From assembly GCA_963848635.1 (NCBI GenBank), contig CAWKEA010000005.1:15275-79274 (forward strand): a DNA stretch of 64,000 nucleotides, in the 5' to 3' direction. The translations under genes and the position numbers were made by a program. Positions within the stretch are counted from its first letter, which is position 1, and each line of letters opens with the position of its first letter. This DNA comes from an uncultured bacterium (GTDB lineage: Bacteria > Patescibacteriota > Minisyncoccia > Phycocordibacterales > PALSA-1337). Under the pieces are notes generated by a model, which was given only the letters and a program-made list of their open reading frames with translations, was not told the origin of the DNA and ran no database searches. This document shows, piece after piece, positions 27,201 through 38,323 of this stretch.

Positions 27201-29425
27201 GGACTGATTCATATACGCCCTATGCATATCCGGATTACCTTACTGCTACTTCGACCACAGGAACTGGCCTTGTCGATATAGGAGCAGGGGCAAGAATGTT
27301 CGGCAATGGCATGTTTTATGGCCTCGCGACGTCGTCTGCATCAGGCGTATTTGCGAATATAGCAGTTTTACCAGCCATCAGCACTCCAGATGTCTGGGTT
27401 GATCTGTCGATATCGGCTTGGAATAAAACCGGTACAAGAGAAAAAACATGGACAGAAAGCTCTTGGAGCATGGGAACTACATCATCAAACCACACAATCG
27501 GGGATCTTGCCAGTAATACTGCGTACAAGATCACAATAGATGGCATGATTGCTTCAACCACCACAGCCGGTCCTGATTGCATTTCAGGCATCTGTACCTC
27601 GGATTCCTCTGGAAAGATATATTTCAACTATTCGGGAGGATATTCAACGCATACATTTGACGTATCGCCTTATGTTAACGGATCAATCACACTGTCCACA
27701 CTCCTTACCCCCGCTTTCTCTAGTATCACCGTTACAAGCGTCACAGCCTCAAGCACTATCACTGCAGGTGGCGGAGCTTCATCGACTGTAGAAGGTTTTA
27801 ACTACGGGACTACAAGCGCATATGGCCTAACTGCTTCCACAACAGGCACTTTCGGCATCGGTAATTTCACTCAAAATATAACAGGATTAGCGTGTAATAC
27901 TCCATATCATGTCCAGGCATTTTCCATTAATTCTGCGGGGGTTGGCATCTCATCTGATGCGACGTTCACTACGAGCGCGTGTGCAGTCACTTATACTCTT
28001 TCGTACACAGCAGGCAGTAATGGAACGCTCTCAGGCTCATCGACTCAGGTCGTACCGGGAAACGCAAACGGTACAGCTGTTACTGCACTACCGAACTCAG
28101 GATACTACTTTGTTAATTGGTCAGATGGTTCAACAACAAATCCTCGCAGTGATAGCAACGTCATTGCCAATGTGGCAGTCACGGCCAATTTTTCCTTGAT
28201 AGCGACCGTTCCGGTTCTTTCAACCCTCGCCGCGAGCGGCGTTTCCGCATCGAACGCCACTCTGAACGCGCATATTCTATCGACAGGCGGAGCTAACGCA
28301 ACGCAGTCTGGATTCGCATATGGCACAGTATCAGATCTTTCAACAGTAATCGCTACGACAACCCTAGGAGCTCAAATAGGTCCCGCAACCTTCAACCAAA
28401 CCTTTACCGACCTCACTCCTAACCTCACCTATTATTTCCGCGCATACGCAGTGAACTCTGCGGGAACGACGATGGGCTCAATCCTTTCCTTTATCACAAA
28501 CAACAATTCAGTATATGCCGACGTGGGAGGCACTGTCACCGGCCTTGCAGGCACTCTCGTGCTCCAAGACAACTCTACTGACAATCTTTCGCTTACTTCG
28601 AATGGATCGTTTAGCTTTGCCACTCCTCTTGTCAATAATTCCTCGTATAGCGCCACTGTTCTCACTCAACCATCTGGACAAACATGCTCCGTATCAAACG
28701 GATCCGGAACAGTCTCGGGGATCGCTGTGACAGGGATCACTGTTGTCTGTGCAGATAATCAGGTTACTAATCCAATTGTATATTCAAATGGCGGTGGCGG
28801 TGGGGGTGGCGGTGGCGGCGGAAGCGTCTCTCCAACAGTCCTTTTGCCGATTCTTGCTACAAGTTCCACCGCAAAGACATATATCGATTCGTTTATCACT
28901 CCGACTTATGCCGGTGCAATAGGGAATAATGTCCGATCCCTCCAGAAATTCCTTATCGCACAGGGATTGCTTGATCCTTTTGACGTAACAGGATTCTTCG
29001 GGCCATTGACCAAGGCCGCCGTTATCAAGTTCCAGATTAAAAATAGAATTATCGCTTCCGCTTTAAGTCCCGGCGCTGGGGCAGTGGGACCGAGGACTAT
29101 TGCGGCGATCAATTCGCTCATTTCGAGCACTGCTCTTGTTGCAACGACGACACCGCCTCAAGCCAGCGTTTCTTCCATAAGATTAATATTCAACGCAAAT
29201 CTGTCCTTGGGTTCAATCGGAGCAGAAGTTAAAGCACTCCAGGAATACCTCAATGCTAAAGGCTACAATGTCGCTTATACAGGGGTTGGTTCGCCAGGAA
29301 AGGAAACTACCGAGTTTGGATATGCGACACGAGCAGCGCTCATCAGATTCCAGAATGCGCACGGAATTTCTGCCTCAGGAGATTTTGGACCGATAACAAG
29401 AGCGTATATAAAAAATTTCGGATAA
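24272..29425 (+). CDS. Large secreted/surface protein: beta-helix regions, FN3/Ig-like and InlB-B-like modules, two C-terminal peptidoglycan-binding domains
   Basis: Signal peptide; WDIGAFEY; YNYYVRCQD; TALPNSGYYFVNWSDG; poly-Gly linker; LQKFL...FGPLTKAAVIKFQ and LQEYL...FGYATRAALIRFQ. Confidence 0.85.
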   Translation: MKTIDPILGFDRINLIGTKKARWSTIALFTFMFLVGGFLFDINGAQAATSIYYSVGSSNTTDYKTGSPTISIDGSGNATFSVAQTNNSMGVGDVINYNGQQAYVTAKTSTSIWTVETAIGALPPATSPVPVTSITHVFSTLKSALGDGIAGNVTSSNFLNTSDLVANNYVLNVSLYNDTGTPETGDGNMTIGGFTTSAINHIYIYTPTSTTTQVNASQRHKGVFNTAIGYALQVPVNAYILTITNPYVTIDGVQINNTNGRGSLSLNNNTTLSNDIILGSGDYTLIYARVNDVVMYNNVIQGPNTIAIDAETAGQTDWIYNNTFYNVGTAIALSNCSFGTQIKLINNIFASTTAPMSGAGTCAAAGSDYNSTDASSLDYSVTGGGNVHDRVNQTFNFYDLANSDFDLTISDTGALDLGTSSPSNDPVVPFSTDILGTNRPQGPAWDIGAFEYLPSTYATTPPGLSGGSPGGQIAYGTASLTVSVNTNENATCKYDVVAGTAYASMPYTFTSTGGTTHSSAISGLQNGHVYNYYVRCQDASGNTNINDYVISFEVNQGVDGIVYATSCSKEDTNYAMSFVNAGDTLKIPAGVCGGYSSSFGLGIYKAITVQGAGEGQTIIEIASTTSGTYFNGAIIPIYAAATVRDLTIETDTSGNSGTAFTVNASGFRITNVQYIDQTPADTGYFVGVRSGVYGLIDHDSVTGGAGNDELIVVYGPTDSWQTPNTMGKSEALYIEDSTFNNSGYVTDCNSNSRCVVRHNVITGPIKVDGHGKASDTPPRGVRQYETYDNTWTSSATAWAAIEMRGGTGIIFGNKVTNQSPGANAGWFFLTDYAYGAAWPNFGSVYQCLNNYPVDDQIGVGEDAKVAASEPYYIWGNTFGGSAWTRSFKAIPPTSVSGCSVTFTESQVIQSNRDFYADAGFDTNTGLTSGPFSSIPSTCTIGFGYWATDRGGDWDASIGTSSASNDGSLYKCTSTNTWTDSYTPYAYPDYLTATSTTGTGLVDIGAGARMFGNGMFYGLATSSASGVFANIAVLPAISTPDVWVDLSISAWNKTGTREKTWTESSWSMGTTSSNHTIGDLASNTAYKITIDGMIASTTTAGPDCISGICTSDSSGKIYFNYSGGYSTHTFDVSPYVNGSITLSTLLTPAFSSITVTSVTASSTITAGGGASSTVEGFNYGTTSAYGLTASTTGTFGIGNFTQNITGLACNTPYHVQAFSINSAGVGISSDATFTTSACAVTYTLSYTAGSNGTLSGSSTQVVPGNANGTAVTALPNSGYYFVNWSDGSTTNPRSDSNVIANVAVTANFSLIATVPVLSTLAASGVSASNATLNAHILSTGGANATQSGFAYGTVSDLSTVIATTTLGAQIGPATFNQTFTDLTPNLTYYFRAYAVNSAGTTMGSILSFITNNNSVYADVGGTVTGLAGTLVLQDNSTDNLSLTSNGSFSFATPLVNNSSYSATVLTQPSGQTCSVSNGSGTVSGIAVTGITVVCADNQVTNPIVYSNGGGGGGGGGGGSVSPTVLLPILATSSTAKTYIDSFITPTYAGAIGNNVRSLQKFLIAQGLLDPFDVTGFFGPLTKAAVIKFQIKNRIIASALSPGAGAVGPRTIAAINSLISSTALVATTTPPQASVSSIRLIFNANLSLGSIGAEVKALQEYLNAKGYNVAYTGVGSPGKETTEFGYATRAALIRFQNAHGISASGDFGPITRAYIKNFG

Positions 29426-29608
29426 AAAATATTAGCATCTGTCTCCATATCTAAAGGAGGACCAACAGTCGCTACTACAGATTCGCTCTCGACAGCGAGA
29501 AGCATGAACTTGCGACAATGATGTGAACTGGTCTTTAGAGACCAAAAAGATAGCAAGACATAACCCAAATAAGGGTTTTGATGCTCTTTTTTGGGGTCCA
29601 TTTCAATG

Positions 29609-29692
29609 TGCCCGGGGTGGGAATCGAACCCACAACTCCTTACGGAGATAACATTTTAAGTGTTACGTGTCTACCAGTTTCACCACCCGGGC
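29609..29692 (-). tRNA. tRNA-Leu (TAA)
   Basis: GCCCGGG acceptor, TAACA-CTTAAAA-TGTTA, variable arm CTCC-GTAA-GGAG and TTCGATT. Confidence 0.95.
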
Positions 29693-30011
29693 GCTTGTTT
29701 TTATTTTTACCACGATGTGTCGGCTTCAAGCTATGACAATGAGGACACAAAATCCTAAGATTTTCGATGCGATTGTCGTGTCTATCTCCATGTACATGGT
29801 CAAGTTCAAGTGGAATTCTACCATCTTGAGACTTTTTTGCCCAACCGCATTCTTCGCACATAGGCAATTTTATCTTTTCAATGAACAAACGCTTCTTGAG
29901 CTTGAAGCTTTGGAAATCGTTGTTTTCTATAAGAATGTTTGATAAGGGGACCTTCGTCATATATCGACCACGCAAACCCTTATTCCAAGCATATCCAGTA
30001 AAATGCGACAT
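29640..30011 (-). CDS. HNH endonuclease overlapping tRNA-Leu
   Basis: CEECG...LELDHVHGDRHDNRIENLRILCPHCH; AWNKG N-terminal motif; TACAAT 6 nt upstream of the ATG. Confidence 0.85.
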   Translation of the reverse strand: MSHFTGYAWNKGLRGRYMTKVPLSNILIENNDFQSFKLKKRLFIEKIKLPMCEECGWAKKSQDGRIPLELDHVHGDRHDNRIENLRILCPHCHSLKPTHRGKNKNKRPGGETGRHVTLKMLSP

Positions 30012-30035
30012 ATCAGGATTGTATTCAGTATTAAA

Positions 30036-30109
30036 TGGAGGCCACGGCGAGAATCGAACTCGCGATAACGCTTTTGCAGAGCGTCGAATTACCACTTTTC
30101 TACGTGGCC
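30036..30109 (-). tRNA. tRNA-Cys (GCA)
   Basis: GGCCACG acceptor, ACGCT-CTGCAAA-AGCGT, U discriminator and encoded CCA. Confidence 0.95.
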
Positions 30110-30204
30110 ATATCTATTCTATAAAGCCCTTACTGCCTAAAGTCTACAAGATCGACTCGCTGTATCATAGCATTATACTTTAAAAAATTTAAGGACTTTC
30201 GACC

Positions 30205-30534
30205 TTACTGACTTGAATGGCTTATCTCATCGATCCTCTGACGGTTCTTTTCGCCGATATCGATGGCAAAAGAGAAGCGCGGCGCGCGGCGCATCTTGAC
30301 TTTTTTCATGAAATAGAGGCGCAGGTCGCTGGCCTTGCGCTGTACGAATTCGAGGGCGTCGTCTTCCTTTTCAGTCGGGAGAACCGAGATGAGGATGCGC
30401 GCATTGGCCTCGGTGTCGGACAGCTGGACGCCGGTGACCGTGATGAGCGAATCGTGGTTCGCTTCGCGCACGAGGTATTCCGCCGCTATCTCGCGGATGT
30501 ATTCGGCCAGTCGGTTGTGCTTTTGGATGTTCAT
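30205..30534 (-). CDS. rbfA: Ribosome-binding factor A
   Basis: LITVTGVQLS and KMRRAPRFSFAID; downstream of infB. Confidence 0.88.
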   Translation of the reverse strand: MNIQKHNRLAEYIREIAAEYLVREANHDSLITVTGVQLSDTEANARILISVLPTEKEDDALEFVQRKASDLRLYFMKKVKMRRAPRFSFAIDIGEKNRQRIDEISHSSQ

Positions 30535-30561
30535 GTAGATAGATTTAAGATTCAACTATTT

Positions 30562-32208
30562 TTACTTCTTCTCCACTATATGGAACGTCTCGAGACGATC
30601 GCCGACAGCAAGCGAGACTTTGATGTCCGATAAAAGCGCGCCGAATTCGTAGCCCTCGCGCACTTCGTCGGCCTTGATCTTGTTCTGTTGTAGCTCGCGG
30701 ATGCGTCCACGGCCGATCTCGCCGCCGCGGCGCAGGACTTTGACGTCGCCGCCTTTTTTCATCGAACCCGACTCGACTTTGCCGCCGACGATCTGCTTTT
30801 CCTTTCCTGTGCCGAAGATGGCAAGCACTTTCGCTTCGCCCAACTTTTCATCGATATACTCCTTTGGCTTGCGTTCGACGGCGACCGAGCGCACGAAATC
30901 TGTCAATTCATAGATGACCTTGAATATGCGCGCATTCAGGCCTGACCTCTCGATGACGCCAGCGGCTTGGACATCGATCGGAACATTGAAGCCGACGATG
31001 ATAGAATCTCCGTCGCTCATGGCCGTCTTCGCATCTTTCTCATTTATGTCGCCGATGCCTTCATCGATGATCCGTATCTCCACATGATCGAATACGATCT
31101 TTTGGAGCTCATGATGGATACCATCGAGGGAGCCTGACGAATCGGCGCGTACGATGAGCGGGATGACGACAGTTTTGATCTCTTCGATAGGCTGATCAGT
31201 AGAGGCAAGCGCAAGAGAAGCGTTTTTACCAGCGGCATTTTTTTCAACATTCGAGCCTCGAAATGCATTTTCCGTGACCTTCGGCTTTCGGTCATTATTT
31301 CCCTCGATATATCGTTCTGCCTCCTTTTTTGTGCTGAATGAGGTGAAGGAAGATCCAACGATCGGAAGATCGCTCCAACCGACGACGCGCGCCGGACGCC
31401 CTGGACCTATCTCGGCCTCTTGGACGCCTTTGAAATTCTCAAGTATCCGCACTGGCGCAAATGCCGTTTCCGTCGCGATGAAAGAGCCTTTTTTCAGGGA
31501 GCCGTTCTCAATGATGAGCGTGGCGGCTATGCCTTTCTTCTTGTCGAGGTCTGCTTCGATGACCAAGCCGGCAACTGGAGCATTCGGGTCGTATGAGAGG
31601 TCTTCCATATCGGAGAGCAGATATATCATGTCAAGGAGGTCGGGGATGCCCGTTCCATGAGTAGCAGAGATCTCGGCCACGGGCACATCGCCGCCATAGC
31701 CTTCGACGTAGATCTCATTTTCGGCAAGAGTCTGTCTCGTCTTCTCGACATTCGCGCCCGGTTTATCGATCTTGTTTATGGCGACCACATACGGAAGTTT
31801 GGCGTATTTTATGCAGTTGAGTGCTTCGACCGTCTGCGGTTTGACGCCGTCTTCAGCCGAGACGATAAGGATCGCTATATCAGCCGCATTGGCGCCGCGC
31901 TCGCGGATGCCGCAAAAAGCCTCATGCCCAGGCGTATCGATGAACGTGATGCGACGCTCGCCGTCTTTGTGCGACATGACGGCTTCATATGCGCCGATCG
32001 ATTGAGTGATGCCGCCCGCTTCGCCCGCGACGATATTGGTCTTTCTGATATAGTCGAGAAGAGTGGATTTGCCGTGATCGATATGACCCATGACGACGAC
32101 GACCGGCTGACGCCGCGATCTCAAGGCTGTGGCGGCCAAAGGTTTCGCCGTCGTGCCTTTCAATGGCGTCTTTTCTTGAGCATTCTTCTGAGGGGCATTA
32201 TTTTGCAT
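30562..32208 (-). CDS. infB: Translation initiation factor IF-2 (short N-terminus)
   Basis: GHIDHGKS, EAGGITQ, DTPGHEAF and NKID. Confidence 0.95.
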   Translation of the reverse strand: MQNNAPQKNAQEKTPLKGTTAKPLAATALRSRRQPVVVVMGHIDHGKSTLLDYIRKTNIVAGEAGGITQSIGAYEAVMSHKDGERRITFIDTPGHEAFCGIRERGANAADIAILIVSAEDGVKPQTVEALNCIKYAKLPYVVAINKIDKPGANVEKTRQTLAENEIYVEGYGGDVPVAEISATHGTGIPDLLDMIYLLSDMEDLSYDPNAPVAGLVIEADLDKKKGIAATLIIENGSLKKGSFIATETAFAPVRILENFKGVQEAEIGPGRPARVVGWSDLPIVGSSFTSFSTKKEAERYIEGNNDRKPKVTENAFRGSNVEKNAAGKNASLALASTDQPIEEIKTVVIPLIVRADSSGSLDGIHHELQKIVFDHVEIRIIDEGIGDINEKDAKTAMSDGDSIIVGFNVPIDVQAAGVIERSGLNARIFKVIYELTDFVRSVAVERKPKEYIDEKLGEAKVLAIFGTGKEKQIVGGKVESGSMKKGGDVKVLRRGGEIGRGRIRELQQNKIKADEVREGYEFGALLSDIKVSLAVGDRLETFHIVEKK

Positions 32209-32331
32209 CGTATTTTGAGAGGGAAGTTCGAAATTAGAGTCTAGCAGAAAAAGACTGGTTTGACAAATAAAATATGAAATGGTAATAGGAGGAGCATGGC
32301 GGTTTCTCCTTCTCCTTCTCTTTTTACTTTT

Positions 32332-32808
32332 TTACTTCAGCTTTTCTTTCGCTTTTTCGATCGCCTCTTTTTCTTCTCCTGACAATTCATATTCTGAAGC
32401 ATGGCTCCTGAGCGGCTTGCCAAAGACACTGACGCTGTCGCGCGAATAGAGGCTTGATATGACGACGCCATCGCCTGATTCATTTATAAAAGCCGTGGCA
32501 AAGCTCTGGTTGCCTCCGCCGCCAGCGGCACGGAACGGGTTAAAGCGAACGGTATGGACGGCTTGGACGCTTTTTTTCAGACGATGCTCAACGCTGACCA
32601 GGTATTCTTCGAGGTTGGAGCGGAATCTTTCGAGCGTCTCAGCTCGGCTCGCCAGACTGACTATGGAATCGCCGATCGATGTGGCATTTTTGTCCGCCAA
32701 AAACTTTTTGAGCTTCATGTCAAGATAGACTATATATCCCGTCAGGGCGAGTATGATCACCGAAAGGACGATGAGCGAAATGGTAGTCGTATCGAATGAA
32801 ATGTTCAT
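32332..32808 (-). CDS. DUF4446-like membrane-anchored protein
   Basis: N-terminal TM, VRFNPF...GGNQSF, GVVISSLYSR and LSGEEKEAI. Confidence 0.75.
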   Translation of the reverse strand: MNISFDTTTISLIVLSVIILALTGYIVYLDMKLKKFLADKNATSIGDSIVSLASRAETLERFRSNLEEYLVSVEHRLKKSVQAVHTVRFNPFRAAGGGGNQSFATAFINESGDGVVISSLYSRDSVSVFGKPLRSHASEYELSGEEKEAIEKAKEKLK

Positions 32809-32979
32809 GTGGTCGATTATAGCATGTCGGAACTTATAAAAATTCAAAGATGTGAATAATGATGCAAGAAAAAACCGCGCAGTTACCCGCGCGGCCTTGA
32901 TTTTTGTGGAAGAGATTACCCGAGTTTTTTAATTTATGTCAAGTATTTTTACGTGGCCGAAAAGAGTATATTTAGGGCC

Positions 32980-34152
32980 ATGAAGGCCATATATCTCGAC
33001 TATGCATCTATAACCCCGCTCGATCCTCTTGTTTTGAGAGAAGTAAACAAGTGGAGCAAGGAGCCCTTGAACCCTTCTTCTATCCATTCGCTCGGCGTCA
33101 AGGCAAAGAGCGCGCTCGATCGCGCGCGGAAAACCACAGCGGAATTTTTGAATGCGCATGATGATGAGATCGTTTTCACATCTGGCGGCACAGAAGCGAA
33201 CGCTCTTGCTCTTCTAGGCACCGCTCGTGCGGCGCATCGAAACGGCTTTGCAAAGCCGCATTTGATAATCTCCGAGATAGAGCATTCTTCTATCATCGAA
33301 ACAACTGACATGCTCGAAAGACATGGCGTCCTAGTTACAAGGCTGTCAGTCGATACGAACGGCCTTATCTCGCTTGAAGAATTGAAGAAAGCCATAAAGC
33401 CCGAAACGTTTCTTGTTTCGATCATGGCCGCTAACAATGAGATCGGAACCATCCAGCCGATCCGTGAGATCGCAAAGGCGATACGGGACTATAGAAAAAA
33501 GGCTTTTGACGCTCCTGGAGCGGACCAGGATAGCACTGCAAAGTATCCGCTTTTTCACACAGACGCATGCCAGGCGATCCTTTATGGAGAGCTCAATGTC
33601 GAAAAGCTTGGCATTGATCTCTTGACTCTCGATGCGAGCAAAGCATGCGGGCCACGCGGCGCTGGAGCGCTGTATATAAAGAGGGGAACGCTGATAGAAC
33701 CTCTCATCTATGGCGGCGGCCAAGAAAGGGGACTGCGCTCCGGCACAGAAAATATCCCAGGCATTATGGGCTTTGCAAAATCTCTCGAGATTGCTAGAAA
33801 AAATATGAAAAAGGAAAGCGAAAGAATAGAAGAGCTCCGACAATCTTTTGAAAGGGAAGTCAAGAAAATCCGACCGGATGCGGCCGTAAACGCCGCCGAT
33901 GCGCCTCGCGTGCCGCATATCTCGAATATCTCGTTTCCCGGCGTCGATGCCGAGATGCTCGTCTTGCGCCTCGACGCGAAAAGCATCGCCGTCTCGACGA
34001 AATCCGCTTGCTTGCGCGATGAGGACGAATCGTATGTCCTGTGCGCTATTGGCGTTGATTCGAAATCATCCATACGTTTTTCTTTCGGCAAATGGACGAA
34101 AAAAGGTGATGTAACAAGGGCATTAAGCATCCTGAAAAAATTCCTTATGTAG
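32980..34152 (+). CDS. iscS: Cysteine desulfurase (NifS/IscS family)
   Basis: YLDYASITP, FTSGGTEAN, HTDACQ, RSGTEN and STKSAC. Confidence 0.9.
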   Translation: MKAIYLDYASITPLDPLVLREVNKWSKEPLNPSSIHSLGVKAKSALDRARKTTAEFLNAHDDEIVFTSGGTEANALALLGTARAAHRNGFAKPHLIISEIEHSSIIETTDMLERHGVLVTRLSVDTNGLISLEELKKAIKPETFLVSIMAANNEIGTIQPIREIAKAIRDYRKKAFDAPGADQDSTAKYPLFHTDACQAILYGELNVEKLGIDLLTLDASKACGPRGAGALYIKRGTLIEPLIYGGGQERGLRSGTENIPGIMGFAKSLEIARKNMKKESERIEELRQSFEREVKKIRPDAAVNAADAPRVPHISNISFPGVDAEMLVLRLDAKSIAVSTKSACLRDEDESYVLCAIGVDSKSSIRFSFGKWTKKGDVTRALSILKKFLM

Positions 34153-34272
34153 ATCGGTCCATATACAATGGTCGCATTTACGGGAGAACGTAGCATGAAG
34201 CATGCATCGACGATAAAGTAAAAGCCGCTGGTGTTAGGAGCGGCTGACCGTGCGCATGCTTTGTGACAACTG

Positions 34273-34659
34273 CTAAGCAAAACAAGGAACGCCCGTGTCG
34301 CAAGCGTTTTTCTTTTTCAAGGGCAATGCGGATATCGACAGACGAAATCCCTCGAAAGTCTCGTGTCTTTCAAAAATGCCGCACTCCGCCAGACAGTCGA
34401 ACCATTCCTCGACCTTTCCCTGGAACAGAACGAGAGCCCCCTCACTCGGCTCACCAGGGATGCCGGTATCTTGGTATCTGTCGAGAAGATTGATTTTCTC
34501 GATCAGCCATGCTTTGATCCGATCTTTCAGCTCCAGGGAAACATTCCCTGAACACAATATTTCCGGCATTTCTTCGGTGAACCACTTTGGCAAAGAATCA
34601 TTTCCCACGATATGCCAGAATCCTTCGACGTCTGACGTGGATATGATGATATCGTTCAT
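34273..34659 (-). CDS. Hypothetical protein
   Basis: 128-aa ORF preceded by AGAGGAGA. Confidence 0.55.
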   Translation of the reverse strand: MNDIIISTSDVEGFWHIVGNDSLPKWFTEEMPEILCSGNVSLELKDRIKAWLIEKINLLDRYQDTGIPGEPSEGALVLFQGKVEEWFDCLAECGIFERHETFEGFRLSISALPLKKKNACDTGVPCFA

Positions 34660-35085
34660 TTTTCTCCTCTATGGTTTATGGTTATGGCCTTTATCTATTC
34701 GATAGGATATTCCTTCCAAGCCTGATGTCAATGTTTAAAAGGGGATAAGCAGAATATGCATGCGTGCCTTACAAAAGGCGTCAAGATAACATCTTGACAT
34801 GGGACGATGCGAGAAAAAAGCGAGGCGCTTACGGCGTCTCGCTTGTTGGGTGCCTGATAACTTTATATCATACAGTTATTGTAATGTCAATATTGCACTC
34901 ATTCAAAAGTATGATAAAATCCAACCAACTTCGCAGATTGAGTTCTGCCTGACAGCGAAGGATTAGAAAAAGACTTCGGTGTCAACTACCCTCCAATAAT
35001 TCAGAGTTCAGCCGTTTTCGTTTGCGAAAGCGTTTTTTACGTTATGCATCGTATTCATTTATTTATTATCTAATTTTAATATCAA

Positions 35086-38310
<3,225 letters not shown>

Positions 38311-38323
38311 TAACAATAAAAAC

